This document shows positions 48,267-58,680 of a stretch of 64,000 nt of DNA, one piece after another. Source of the DNA: Flavobacteriales bacterium (GTDB lineage Bacteria > Bacteroidota > Bacteroidia > Flavobacteriales_F > PHOS-HE28); the NCBI GenBank assembly GCA_016788295.1, contig JAEUSY010000025.1:7832-71831 (forward strand), read 5' to 3'. Every line of letters starts with the position of its first letter. Position 1 is the first letter of the stretch. The position numbers and the translations under genes were made by a program. The notes below the pieces were generated by a model. That model did not search any database, had not been told where the DNA came from, and saw only the letters and a list, made by a program, of their open reading frames with translations.

Positions 48267-49175
48267 ATGGCGAAGGTCCTCATCACCGGCGGCACCGGAC
48301 TTATCGGTACCGCGCTCACTATGGCGTTGGAACGCGCGGGGCATCACGTTCAACTGCTCAGCCGTGCGGCTGCTAACAAAGGTGGCAACGTAAAGCGCTT
48401 CCGCTGGTCGGTGCAGCAAGGCACCATGGACCCGGCAGCTTGGCAGGGCGTTGACCATGTGGTGCATCTGGCAGGGGCAGGCATTGCCGACAAGCGTTGG
48501 AGCACTACGCGCGTGAACGAACTGGTCGATAGTCGTGCAGCATCTGCTCGGCTCTTGCTGCGATCGGCCAAGGAGCACGGCGTCCAGCTGAAGAGCTTCG
48601 TGAGCGCGTCAGGCATCAATTACTACGGCGCCGTTACCAGCGACCATGTGAACGTGGAAACGGATGCACCCGGCACCGACACGATCGGTCGCATAAGTCG
48701 TGAATGGGAAGCAGCTGTTGACGAATGGGCCACGAACTGCCGTGTGGTGAAGTTGCGGACGCCCATCGTACTATCACGGACCGGAGGAGCACTGGCCAAA
48801 CTGGCCGCACCCGTTCGTTTCGGTCTCGGTGCTGCGCTTGGAAGTGGTAACCAATGGATGCCCTGGGTACACCTGGACGATCTGGTCAGTGCGTACATGG
48901 CGGCCCTGTTCGACGACAGGTACAATGGTGTTTACAACGTGAACAGCGGCAACGACGTCACCAACGCCGCGTTCATGCGCACCACGGCACGTGTGCTCCA
49001 TCGCCCTTACATACTACCTGCGGTGCCCGGCTTTGTACTGAAATTGGCCTTGGGCGAATTATCGTCCATCCTGCTCGAAGGCTCACGTGCATCGAACGCC
49101 CGGTTGCTGGCAACGGGCTTCCGCTTCAAGCACCCCGAACTGGAAGCCGCACTGCAGGACCTCTTGCGACCGTGA
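48267..49175 (+). CDS. TIGR01777/YfcH family NAD-dependent epimerase-like protein
   Basis: ITGGTGLIG, VHLAGAGI...RW, LGSGNQWMPWVHLDD. Confidence 0.92.
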   Translation: MAKVLITGGTGLIGTALTMALERAGHHVQLLSRAAANKGGNVKRFRWSVQQGTMDPAAWQGVDHVVHLAGAGIADKRWSTTRVNELVDSRAASARLLLRSAKEHGVQLKSFVSASGINYYGAVTSDHVNVETDAPGTDTIGRISREWEAAVDEWATNCRVVKLRTPIVLSRTGGALAKLAAPVRFGLGAALGSGNQWMPWVHLDDLVSAYMAALFDDRYNGVYNVNSGNDVTNAAFMRTTARVLHRPYILPAVPGFVLKLALGELSSILLEGSRASNARLLATGFRFKHPELEAALQDLLRP

Positions 49176-49180
49176 AAGCA

Positions 49181-50134
49181 TCAGTGCGTGCGCACCATCA
49201 GCATGGCAGCAAGCTCACGCATGGGGCGCTTGTTCGCTTCAGGGGTGCCAATGGCATCAAGGCCCGCAAGCGCAGCCTCGTCGTGTTGCACCACTTCGGC
49301 CTCGGCCTCAGCGCGCACAGCCAGTTCCTCCAACACGCGGATCATGCGGGGCACATCACGGTCTGTTGGTGCCTTGGTGAGCTCCTCTCGTAATTCGGTC
49401 CTGCCAGCCTGTTGGCTCTTCTCCAAACCACGGATCAGCAGCCAGGTCTTCTTCCCTGCGCGCAGATCACCGCCCACCTGCTTCCCCACCTTGTCCGGAT
49501 CACCGAACGCATCCAGCAGGTCATCGCGCAACTGGAACGCAAGGCCCAAGTGCTCTCCGATATCCCCGATACGTTGGACATCGCTTTCCGACGCCCCGGC
49601 CAGCACGGCGCCCACCTGCATGGCGCAGGAGAGCAGCACAGCGGTCTTCAATCGGATCATCTCCTTGTACTCCACCAAGGCCACGTCCGCAAGGCGCTCG
49701 AAATCCATGTCGAGCTGCTGACCCTCACACACCTCCAACGCATAGCGGTTGAAGAGCTCCATCACCCGCGCATTGCGCCCCATCTGCATGTAGGCGCGCA
49801 CCAGCATGGCATCGCCGCTCAGGATGGCGGTGTTCGTGTTCCACTTCGCATGCACCGTGGGCCTGCCGCGCCGCAGTGGCGCCTCGTCCATGATGTCGTC
49901 ATGCATCAACGTGAAGTTGTGGAACAGCTCGATGCCCAACGCTTCCTCCATCGCCCCTTCGGGCGCGCCGCCGAAAAGTTCGTGGGCCATGAGCACGGAC
50001 ACCGGGCGCACGCGCTTGGCGGGCAAACGCATCAGGTAGGCCATGGGCTCGTGCAGGCCATTGGCGGGCATGGCGGCGCACCAGCGTTCAATGCGCGCCT
50101 CCACGGCTGCGCGGTGCTCGTCGAACGATCGCAT
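49181..50134 (-). CDS. Polyprenyl (FPP/GGPP) synthetase
   Basis: KRVRP, MHDDIMD...RRG, AFQLRDDLLD, GKKT. Confidence 0.93.
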   Translation of the reverse strand: MRSFDEHRAAVEARIERWCAAMPANGLHEPMAYLMRLPAKRVRPVSVLMAHELFGGAPEGAMEEALGIELFHNFTLMHDDIMDEAPLRRGRPTVHAKWNTNTAILSGDAMLVRAYMQMGRNARVMELFNRYALEVCEGQQLDMDFERLADVALVEYKEMIRLKTAVLLSCAMQVGAVLAGASESDVQRIGDIGEHLGLAFQLRDDLLDAFGDPDKVGKQVGGDLRAGKKTWLLIRGLEKSQQAGRTELREELTKAPTDRDVPRMIRVLEELAVRAEAEAEVVQHDEAALAGLDAIGTPEANKRPMRELAAMLMVRTH

Positions 50135-50139
50135 CGGGA

Positions 50140-51003
50140 TCAGGGCTCCACGAGCTTCAACAGGTACTCCCCGTATCCGCTCTTCACCAAAGGACGCGCA
50201 AGTGCCTTGAGTTGTTCGGCGTCGATGAAGCCTTTCTTCCACGCTACTTCCTCAATGCAACCGATGCGCAGGCCCTGCCGCTCCTCGATCACCTGCACGT
50301 ACTGGCCGGCTTGCATCAGCGAAGTGAATGTGCCGGTATCCAGCCAGGCCGTGCCGCGGTCCAACAGCTCCACCTTCAATCGGCCTTGGCGCAAGTATTC
50401 CTTGTTCACATCGGTGATCTCGTACTCACCACGTGCGCTGGGCTTCAGATCGCGGGCAATGTCCACCACGCTGTTATCATAGAAGTAGAGGCCCGGCACA
50501 GCGTAATTGCTCTTTGGCTTGGCCGGCTTCTCCTCGATGCTCAGCACGCGACCGTCGGCATCGAAGTCCACCACGCCATAACGCTCTGGATCGCTCACAT
50601 GGTAGGCGAAGACCAGGCCGCCATCGGGCCGTGTGTGTTGGCCGAGCATGCGTCCCAGGCCGGCACCGTGGAAAATGTTGTCGCCCAGGATGAGCGCTAC
50701 GGGATCGTTGCCCACGTGCTCGCGGCCAATGACGAAAGCCTGCGCCAGTCCGTTGGGCACGGCCTGTTCGGCATAGGTGAAGTGACAGCCCAGCGAGGCT
50801 CCATCACCCAGCAGCTTGCGGAAGTGGGGCAGGTCGTGCGGGGTGCTGATGATGAGGATCTCCCGTATGCCCGCTGCCATCAGCGTGCTCAGCGGGTAGT
50901 AGATCATCGGCTTGTCGTACACCGGCATCAGCTGCTTGCTCACGGCAAGGGTCAGCGGGTGCAGGCGGGTGCCGGACCCGCCGGCGAGTATGATCCCTTT
51001 CAT
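50140..51003 (-). CDS. rfbA: Glucose-1-phosphate thymidylyltransferase
   Basis: [42 protein letters not shown]. Confidence 0.96.
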   Translation of the reverse strand: MKGIILAGGSGTRLHPLTLAVSKQLMPVYDKPMIYYPLSTLMAAGIREILIISTPHDLPHFRKLLGDGASLGCHFTYAEQAVPNGLAQAFVIGREHVGNDPVALILGDNIFHGAGLGRMLGQHTRPDGGLVFAYHVSDPERYGVVDFDADGRVLSIEEKPAKPKSNYAVPGLYFYDNSVVDIARDLKPSARGEYEITDVNKEYLRQGRLKVELLDRGTAWLDTGTFTSLMQAGQYVQVIEERQGLRIGCIEEVAWKKGFIDAEQLKALARPLVKSGYGEYLLKLVEP

Positions 51004-53396
51004 GGTTCCTTGGAGGTATCGCGTCCCTCGATCTTCAGTTCGTCCAGGTCAATGTCCTGCTCCTCGTCGAGGATGTCGAGCAAAGGCTCTTCGAAAGCCT
51101 TGGTGGTGATCGAACGCTCGAACGAGAGCAGAAGTGAAGGCAGAATGATCAGGTTGGTGAACATGGCCACCAGCAGCGTGAAGGACACCAACAGGCCAAG
51201 TGCCTGTGTGCCGCCGAAATCGGAGAACACAAAGAGACTGAACCCGCAGAAGAGGACAATGCTCGTGTACATCATGCTCACACCCGCCTCGCGCAACGCC
51301 GCGAGAACGGACCGGCGGATGTTGTGGTTGGTGAGCTTCAGCTCCTGGCGGTACTTGCTGAGGTAGTGGATGGCATCATCAACGGCGATACCAAAGGCGA
51401 TGCTGAACACCAGGATGGTGCTGGGCTTGATGGCAATGCCCAAGTACCCCATCATGCCCGCCGTGGTGATCAATGGCACCAGGTTCGGAATGAGCGAGAT
51501 CAGCACCATGCGGAACGAATTGAAAAGCAGCGCCATCAATCCACTGATCAGGAACACGGCCATGATCAGGGAGATCACAAGGTTCTTCACCATGTACTTG
51601 CTACCTTCAAGGAACACCACGCTGGTACCCGTGAGCACCACATGGTACTTGGCGGGGTCGAAGATCGAATCCACTTGCGCGCGTAACCGGCCCATCAATA
51701 CATCCATGCGTGCCGTACCTACATCGGCCACTTGCACGGTAAGTCGGGTGGACTGTCGGTCCTCATCGAGGAAGCCGCGTGCAAGGCCTCCCTTGTTGTC
51801 CGCTGTTTCCAGGTAGGGCAGAATGAAGGTCTTCTCGTTGCCGCGGATCAGCTCGTAGCGTTCGGGGTCACCGCCATAGAACGACTGCTTGGTGAACTTC
51901 ACCGCATCGGCAATGGACAACGAGCGCGACAGTTCCGGATGCAAGGCCAGCGAATCCTGCAATTGGGCGATGCGCTTGAGGTTCACATCCTTCAGGGCCT
52001 GTCCCTTCTTGCGCGTGTCCACCATCACCTCCAGCGGCAGTACGCCATGGAAATTCTCCTCGAAGAACCGCAGGTCCTGCATCACCGGATCATTGGTGGG
52101 CAGATCATCCACAACATGGCTCTCGTTCTTCAAACGCGAAGCTCCCACGAGGCTTACCGCGATCAACAATCCGCTCACAGCATACACCATGGGCCTGTTG
52201 TTCTGCACGATGTTCACCAACCCTTCGGTGCTTCGGTCCACCCACTTGCGGTCAAGGTGGGCCAGGTGGCGTGCCTTGGGATCGCCTTGGAAACTGAAGA
52301 GGATGGGCACCAACAACAAGCTGAGCGCGAACACCGCCATGATGTTGATGGACGCGATCAGGCCGAACTGTTTCAGCACATCGCTGTAGGTGACCACGAA
52401 GGTGGCGAAGCCCACGGCGGTGGTGGCGTTGGTCATGAACGAGGCCCTGCCCACGCGGTACACCACGCGGGTAAGCGCCTTCACCCGGTTGCCGTGCGTG
52501 GCGAACTCGTAGTGGAACTTGTTGATCAGGAAGATGCAGTTGGGCACGCCGATCACAATGATCAAGGGCGGAATGATCGCCATCACCGAGGTGAGCTTGT
52601 AGCCCAATAGGCCAATGGACCCCATGGCCCAGATCACGCCCACGGCCACCACCGTAAGGCTCACCAACATGGCCCGCCACGACTTGAAGAAGAGCAGCAA
52701 CAGAACGGCCACCACCAACACCATCAGCCCCACGAACATGCGCAGTTCGCTCTTGGTGCGCTCGGTGACGACCGTACGAATGAAGGGCAGGCCGCTGTGG
52801 TAGACCTTGAACCGTCCCTTGGCGAACTCGTCCACACGCGCCGCGATCAGGTCCACCATATCGCCGCGCTGCTCGCTGTTGAAGCGTTCGGCGTTCACGA
52901 ACACCATCATCAGGCTGGCGCTCGTGCTGTCGTTGTAGAGCAGCCCGCGGTAGAAGGGCAGCGAGCGCACCTTGGCGTGCAGGCTGTCCACCTCGGCCTG
53001 TGTGGTGGGCTTCGTGGGGATCACGTTGGACAGCTGGAAGCGCTTGAGGCTGTCGTTCCGCACCAGCTCGAAAAGGTGAGCCTCGGAAAAGACCGAATCC
53101 ACACCGGGCTGTGCCTTCAGGTCGTACCCGAGCTGCCACCACGCCTGGAAGTTGTCCAGCTCGTAAAGGGCCTTGTCCTGCACCCCCAGCACGATCACGT
53201 TGCCATCCTCGGAGAACTTCTCCAGCAGACGCTCATACTGCACATAGGCGCTATCGGTCTTGGGCAGCAGCCCGCCGAACTTGTAGCTCACCTTCACGTT
53301 CTTGGCCTCGTAGGCGAAGAAGGCCGTGATGATGCCGAGCACCACGAGGATGCCGGTACGGTTGCGCAAGATCCTGCTGGAAAGCCAAGCCCACAT
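51000..53396 (-). CDS. MMPL/RND family transporter
   Basis: Two TM-plus-periplasmic halves; [10 protein letters not shown]; stop overlaps rfbA start. Confidence 0.92.
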   Translation of the reverse strand: MWAWLSSRILRNRTGILVVLGIITAFFAYEAKNVKVSYKFGGLLPKTDSAYVQYERLLEKFSEDGNVIVLGVQDKALYELDNFQAWWQLGYDLKAQPGVDSVFSEAHLFELVRNDSLKRFQLSNVIPTKPTTQAEVDSLHAKVRSLPFYRGLLYNDSTSASLMMVFVNAERFNSEQRGDMVDLIAARVDEFAKGRFKVYHSGLPFIRTVVTERTKSELRMFVGLMVLVVAVLLLLFFKSWRAMLVSLTVVAVGVIWAMGSIGLLGYKLTSVMAIIPPLIIVIGVPNCIFLINKFHYEFATHGNRVKALTRVVYRVGRASFMTNATTAVGFATFVVTYSDVLKQFGLIASINIMAVFALSLLLVPILFSFQGDPKARHLAHLDRKWVDRSTEGLVNIVQNNRPMVYAVSGLLIAVSLVGASRLKNESHVVDDLPTNDPVMQDLRFFEENFHGVLPLEVMVDTRKKGQALKDVNLKRIAQLQDSLALHPELSRSLSIADAVKFTKQSFYGGDPERYELIRGNEKTFILPYLETADNKGGLARGFLDEDRQSTRLTVQVADVGTARMDVLMGRLRAQVDSIFDPAKYHVVLTGTSVVFLEGSKYMVKNLVISLIMAVFLISGLMALLFNSFRMVLISLIPNLVPLITTAGMMGYLGIAIKPSTILVFSIAFGIAVDDAIHYLSKYRQELKLTNHNIRRSVLAALREAGVSMMYTSIVLFCGFSLFVFSDFGGTQALGLLVSFTLLVAMFTNLIILPSLLLSFERSITTKAFEEPLLDILDEEQDIDLDELKIEGRDTSKEP

Positions 53397-53478
53397 GGGG
53401 GTGTTCGCCACGGCCTGGAATGTGCCCCCGACCGCGCCGGACAAAGGAACGAGATCCGGCGCGAAGCCCTTCCCCCGG

Positions 53479-55899
53479 TCAGAAGCTCAACCCAAGGGTC
53501 ATTTTCAGGGCCAGGTTGTCGGCGGCCGAGGGCAGGGCGTTGGGCCCCAGGCGGTAGAAGGCGCCGATGCCGAAGCCGGTGGTGTTCATCTTCAGCAGGT
53601 CGTCGATCTGCAGGCCGGCCTCGTAATAACCGTCCTCCGCCGTGCTGAAGGTGTAGCCCCGGTGGCGCTCCGGCATGTCCAGCTTGCCCCACGCGGCGTT
53701 GGCCACCACCACCGGCACGGGCCTGAACTTCTTGCCCTTGAACAGCAGGTTGCCGAAGCTGTGCCGCAGGTGTACCGCTAAAAAACGATCGGCAGCGAAC
53801 TCGTTGGGCAGCATGGTCTCGAAGGTGTTCTGGGTGGCCAGCGGCACGCGCCCTTCGTTGGAGCCGCGCAGGTTGAAGAGGAAGGGATAGGGGACCGACG
53901 CCTCTGCCGCGCCGCCCACTACACGCAGGGAAAGGTCGCCCACCATGCGCAGCCTGAAGGTCTTTTCCACCTGCATCACCACGCGCCACAGGTCATACTC
54001 GCCGCCCCACAGGCCGTCCACCGCCTGCCAGGCCTGCACGTACAGAACGGGCCAGCGTGTGCCGAGCCCCACCTGCCTATCGGGGAAGCGCGCCACCCGT
54101 TCGCGGAAGGCGAAACGTGCGCCGAGCGAGAACGCCCCCGTGCGGAACCGGTCCGAGAGCAGCGTTACCCCCTCGCCCACCGGCTCGGCGTACTGGTACC
54201 CGATCACGTTCAGGCGATCGGTGAGGTCGGTGCCGAGCCACAGTTTCAGCGAACTGCCGGCGCGCACGGCCAGCTCGACACCCATGCGTTCAATGCGGTC
54301 CATGCGGTCCACGTAGAGCCAGCGGTAGCTCTCGCTGTTGAACGACCGCCGCTGGCCGGGGAACGACCAACCGCCGCTCTCCTCCACATCGTTGGCATAG
54401 TAGCCCTTCAGCTCCAGCTCGCGGCCCGGCCGGGGCTTCAGGGTCAGGTCGCCGCCGAACTTCCACCGCTCATCACCGAAACCGTAGGCGAAGTAGCCGC
54501 CGAGGGCCGCATAGCGCGTCACCTTGTCGTTGGTCACAGCGCCCAGCCCCACGCGCAGGTTCTCGTAGCGGTTGTAGCGCATCACCTGGTCAAGCCGCAG
54601 GTCGAACGGACCAATGGGCAACCTGCCCGTGGTGAGCGCGCCCAGCCACTTCACTTTCTGGTCCAGCTTTTCGGCCTCGCCAATGCTGTCGATCACGTGG
54701 TAAGTGCGCAGGTCCTTCTGGTCCAGCGTATCGCTGCGCATGCCGTTCCAGAAGTCGTCCTCGCGGCGCACGGCCATGCGGTCCATCACCAGTTCGGGCC
54801 CGCGCACCTCCTTGCGGGCAATGTCCACGTCCAGCTCAATGTCCTTCAGGTAGGTGCGGGCCACGCCCAGCAGTTTCCAGTTGTTCACCTGCACCCCATC
54901 GAAGTACATGAAGGTGTTCAATTGCACCGGGAACCACGCCTTGCCGCCCACCTTCTCGAACTGTTGTTGCAGCTTGATGCTCACGCCCCCGGCCCGCTCC
55001 ACCGGTTCGGCGATCACGTTCTGCAGTGCGTAGCCATCGGTGTTCACGTACAGCACCCCCTGCAGCCCCTCGAACTTGCGGCCCTTGCGCGGCCGGTAGC
55101 TGATCACGAACACCGAGTCGCGGCCCTGGTACAGCGTGTCCTGCAACAGGAAGAGGTACTGGTCCGTGCTGCCGGGGCTCAGGGGGCCCAGGTAGGTGCG
55201 CTCATTGAAGGTGATCTGCGGGGCGTAGATGGAGAAGGTCTTGGTGGAGGCGAGCAAGGCCAGTAGTGAAGGGTCCTTCAGGCCGCTCACGCGCATGGCC
55301 AGCACCTCCTCCTTCTCGGCCGCGGGCGGAATGAAGCTCTTGCGCGTGGCGCTCTCCATCAGCAACAGGTGCTGCCGCTGCATGAACGCGATGGCCTCCT
55401 GGTCGTTGCTGTCCAGCGCTGCGATACGGGCCGGATCGCGCATCAGGGCGCTGTCCACATCACCGGTGAACACCGACTTGCTGTAACTGGTGTAGCGATG
55501 GGGCCGGTTGCGCAGGCCATCATTCTCCTTGCGGTTGGCGTGCACCAGGCGGATGATGCGATGCGCCGGGTTCTCGCCGGGCAGCACCTCCACCGTGCGC
55601 AGCTCCACGGCGGCCCGTTGCATGCGCACCACCACGGGCGGGCCCACGGCAAGGGTCTCGGTGTGCGGCGCGTAGCCCACATAGCTGAAGCGCACCTGCG
55701 CCGTTGGGCCGGGCAGCTTCAGCACAAAACGCCCATCGATATCCGTGGTGGCCCCTTCGCGCTCGCCCTCGGCCAGCACGTGTACGAAGGCGAGCGGCTC
55801 CTGCGTAACGGCATCCAACACACGGCCATGCACCACGTGTTGCGCCACGGCGTTCGCCATGCATACAGCGAAGAACAGGAGCAAGGCGGTGCGCACCAT
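53479..55899 (-). CDS. CarboxypepD_reg plus DUF5686 outer-membrane protein
   Basis: GRVLDAVTQEPL...TTDIDG.F, ENPAHRII, YNRYE..R.G, YGFGD..WK, terminal Phe. Confidence 0.88.
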   Translation of the reverse strand: MVRTALLLFFAVCMANAVAQHVVHGRVLDAVTQEPLAFVHVLAEGEREGATTDIDGRFVLKLPGPTAQVRFSYVGYAPHTETLAVGPPVVVRMQRAAVELRTVEVLPGENPAHRIIRLVHANRKENDGLRNRPHRYTSYSKSVFTGDVDSALMRDPARIAALDSNDQEAIAFMQRQHLLLMESATRKSFIPPAAEKEEVLAMRVSGLKDPSLLALLASTKTFSIYAPQITFNERTYLGPLSPGSTDQYLFLLQDTLYQGRDSVFVISYRPRKGRKFEGLQGVLYVNTDGYALQNVIAEPVERAGGVSIKLQQQFEKVGGKAWFPVQLNTFMYFDGVQVNNWKLLGVARTYLKDIELDVDIARKEVRGPELVMDRMAVRREDDFWNGMRSDTLDQKDLRTYHVIDSIGEAEKLDQKVKWLGALTTGRLPIGPFDLRLDQVMRYNRYENLRVGLGAVTNDKVTRYAALGGYFAYGFGDERWKFGGDLTLKPRPGRELELKGYYANDVEESGGWSFPGQRRSFNSESYRWLYVDRMDRIERMGVELAVRAGSSLKLWLGTDLTDRLNVIGYQYAEPVGEGVTLLSDRFRTGAFSLGARFAFRERVARFPDRQVGLGTRWPVLYVQAWQAVDGLWGGEYDLWRVVMQVEKTFRLRMVGDLSLRVVGGAAEASVPYPFLFNLRGSNEGRVPLATQNTFETMLPNEFAADRFLAVHLRHSFGNLLFKGKKFRPVPVVVANAAWGKLDMPERHRGYTFSTAEDGYYEAGLQIDDLLKMNTTGFGIGAFYRLGPNALPSAADNLALKMTLGLSF

Positions 55900-55986
55900 C
55901 AACGTTGGAATGAGGGGGTTCCGGAACTATGACGAAAGCAGGTCGCCGAAAGTAACAGGCGAGTGCATCGGTAACTTGCGGCCTCC

Positions 55987-57009
55987 ATGTTCGCTCCCCT
56001 CCGCGATGGCCTCGAATGGTCGCGCAAGGCCACTCCCCGGCGCCTGCGCAACGCCGCCACGCTGTGGACGAGCTTCCAGCGGGCCAAGCGGACCAGGGAC
56101 CCGCGCATCGGCGGACTGCCCTTCAGCATCAGCTTCGAGCCCACCACCGCCTGCAACCTGCGCTGCCCCGAATGCCCCAGCGGCCTGCGCAGCTTCACCC
56201 GCCCCACCGGCAACCTGCGGCAGGACCTCTTCGCCCGCGTGATGGACGAGCTCGGCGACGACCTCTGGGCGCTCACCTTCTACTTCCAGGGCGAGCCCTA
56301 CATCAACCCGAACTTCCTCGACATGGTGGCACTGGCCAGCCGCAAGGGCCTCTACACCAACACCAGCACCAACGCGCACTTCCTCACCGAGGAAAAGGCC
56401 GAGGCCACCGTGCGCAGCGGCCTCTCACGCCTCATCATCTCGCTGGACGGCACCGACCAGGGCACCTACGCCGCCTACCGCCGCGAGGGCGACCTGGCCC
56501 AGGTGATCGAAGGTGCCGAGCGCATCGTGAAATGGAAACGGAAGCTGAAGAGCCTCACCCCCCATGTGGTGTTCCAGTTCCTGGTGGTGAAGCCCAACGA
56601 GCACCAGATCCCCGAAGCCCGCGCCCTGGCCAGGAAGATCGGCGTGGACGACCTGTGGCTGAAGACCGCCCAGGTGTACGACCCCAAGGACGACCACCCA
56701 CTGATCCCCACGCAGGACAAGTACGCCCGCTACCGCCGCAACGCCTCAGGCGTGTGGGAGGTGAAGAACAAGCTGGCCGACAACTGCTGGAAGATGTGGC
56801 ACAGCTGCGTGATCACCTGGGACGGCCGCGTGGTGCCCTGCTGCTTCGACAAGGACGCCCACCACGTGCTCGGCGACCTGCGCACGCACAGCTTCCGCGA
56901 GCTGTGGCACAGCGATGCCTACAACGATTTCCGGCGGCAACTGCTCACCGCGCGCAGCAGCATCGAGATGTGCCGGAATTGCTCGGAAGGGAGTCCAGTA
57001 TGGGCGTGA
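55987..57009 (+). CDS. Radical SAM protein with SPASM/twitch domain
   Basis: CNLRCPEC; QGEP; C-terminal CWKMW...PCCFD...CRNC. Confidence 0.92.
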   Translation: MFAPLRDGLEWSRKATPRRLRNAATLWTSFQRAKRTRDPRIGGLPFSISFEPTTACNLRCPECPSGLRSFTRPTGNLRQDLFARVMDELGDDLWALTFYFQGEPYINPNFLDMVALASRKGLYTNTSTNAHFLTEEKAEATVRSGLSRLIISLDGTDQGTYAAYRREGDLAQVIEGAERIVKWKRKLKSLTPHVVFQFLVVKPNEHQIPEARALARKIGVDDLWLKTAQVYDPKDDHPLIPTQDKYARYRRNASGVWEVKNKLADNCWKMWHSCVITWDGRVVPCCFDKDAHHVLGDLRTHSFRELWHSDAYNDFRRQLLTARSSIEMCRNCSEGSPVWA

Positions 57010-57031
57010 GGCCTCGCGTGTACTTGATCCA

Positions 57032-57280
57032 TTAGCCCTTCCCCTTCTTGGAAGGAACCAGCATGGTATAAAGAAAGAACCATAGGATCAACAAGACAGA
57101 GACCAAGTAGCTATATGCGAGTGCCTCATACCCACCATAGCCGATGGCGAAGAAAGGGACCAGCGGAAGAAAGACCGCAAATGCAAAGTTCCCAATGGGG
57201 AATTGCCACCAGCAGAAGAGATACAGGGCACATTGTGCCGTGGCAATGACCGCAGGTCGTCGACGGACCCGAAGCGCCAT
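57032..57280 (-). CDS. Small aromatic-rich membrane protein, low GC
   Basis: ATG 2 nt after frr stop; hydrophobic core with basic ends. Confidence 0.5.
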   Translation of the reverse strand: MALRVRRRPAVIATAQCALYLFCWWQFPIGNFAFAVFLPLVPFFAIGYGGYEALAYSYLVSVLLILWFFLYTMLVPSKKGKG

Positions 57281-57282
57281 CG

Positions 57283-57843
57283 TCAGACCTTCAAGATGTC
57301 CTTCTCCTTCGCCTCGATCAGCGCCTCCACCTTCTTGATGTAGATGCCGGTGAGCTTCTCCACCTCGGTCTCCAGGCCCTTGGCGGTGTCCTCGGGCAGG
57401 CCGTCCTTCTTGGCGGCCTTAATGGCCTCCATGGCCTTCTGGCGGCTGCTGCGGATGCCCACCTTGGCGTGCTCGCCCTCGGCGTGGGCGGCCTTCACCA
57501 GGCCCTTGCGGCGCTCCTCGGTGAGCATGGGCACGTGGATGATGACGCTCTCGCCGTTGTTGCTTGGGTTGAAACCCAGGTTGGCACCGATGATGGCCTT
57601 CTCGATGGCATCGATCAGTTTCTTCTCCCAGGGCTTCACGAAGAGCGTGCGGGCGTCGCCGGTGTTGATCGCGGCCACCTGCGAGAGGGGCACCATGCTG
57701 CCGTAGTAGTCCACGCGCACCGTCTCCAGCATGCCGGGGTTGGCGGCACCGGCGCGCACCTTGGTCAGCTCGTGGTCCAAATGCTCCAGGGCGTTGCGCA
57801 TGTGGTCCTCACAGGTCTTCAGGGCGGCGGCGGTATCGATCAT
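57283..57843 (-). CDS. frr: Ribosome recycling factor
   Basis: VRAGAANP, VDYYGS, LTEERRK.LVK. Confidence 0.96.
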   Translation of the reverse strand: MIDTAAALKTCEDHMRNALEHLDHELTKVRAGAANPGMLETVRVDYYGSMVPLSQVAAINTGDARTLFVKPWEKKLIDAIEKAIIGANLGFNPSNNGESVIIHVPMLTEERRKGLVKAAHAEGEHAKVGIRSSRQKAMEAIKAAKKDGLPEDTAKGLETEVEKLTGIYIKKVEALIEAKEKDILKV

Positions 57844-57925
57844 GGCTGGTGGTGTTCGGGCCGCAAAAGTAACCACCGGTAAGCGCACCGCACAGGCTGT
57901 GCAAAGGCCCGTTACCTTGGCGGCC

Positions 57926-58675
57926 ATGCGCATCGCAAAGGCCTTCGGGCACCTGGTGGAACATGTGATGAGGTTGGGGCCCGTTACCGGCCTGCGCGTG
58001 CTGTACCTGAAAAAACGGCGTCCGGGGCACGAGGCCGTGGTGCGTGTGCGCGAACTGGCCGGTCCGCTCACCGTGCGCACGGGCACCAGCGACCTGGCCA
58101 TTTTCGATGAGGTGGTGATCCAGAACGGCTATCACTTCCCCATGGACCGCGAGCCGCAGGTGATCGTGGACGTGGGGGCCAACATCGGCATGGCCACCTT
58201 GTGGTTCAAGGCGCGCTGGCCCAAGGCACAGGTGATCGCGGTGGAACCGGACCCGAACAACTTCGCCCTGCTGCAGCGCAATGTGAAGGACATCCCCGGC
58301 GTGCGTACCATACAAGCCGCGCTGGCCCCTGCTGATGGCGCCATCGGGTTCGAGACCGAGGGACTGAACCCGAGCGCCTACCACATCCGCGAACTGCGGG
58401 CGGGTGAACAAGGCGTGCCGGCCATCACCGTACCCACGCTGATGCGGCAATGCGGCATCGACCACATCGACCTGCTGAAGCTCGATATCGAAGGCGCCGA
58501 AAAGGAACTGTTCGAGGCCAAGGACCTGGCCTGGATGGACCGCGTGCACACCCTTGCCGTGGAACTGCACGACCGCATGCGACCGGGTTGCGGGCATGCC
58601 TTCTTCGCGGCGAGCACACGCGGCCCGCGCAACTACGAGGTACACGAATACCTCGTGATCGCCACGAAAGCGTAG
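57926..58675 (+). CDS. FkbM family methyltransferase
   Basis: VDVGANIG, AVEPDP.NF, LLKLDIEGAE, VELHDR. Confidence 0.92.
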   Translation: MRIAKAFGHLVEHVMRLGPVTGLRVLYLKKRRPGHEAVVRVRELAGPLTVRTGTSDLAIFDEVVIQNGYHFPMDREPQVIVDVGANIGMATLWFKARWPKAQVIAVEPDPNNFALLQRNVKDIPGVRTIQAALAPADGAIGFETEGLNPSAYHIRELRAGEQGVPAITVPTLMRQCGIDHIDLLKLDIEGAEKELFEAKDLAWMDRVHTLAVELHDRMRPGCGHAFFAASTRGPRNYEVHEYLVIATKA

Positions 58676-58680
58676 ACGGC

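Noticed and set aside
56016-57035. 339-aa Arg/Pro-rich alternative-frame ORF over the radical SAM gene
   Set aside because: Composition is typical of a shifted frame in high-GC coding DNA
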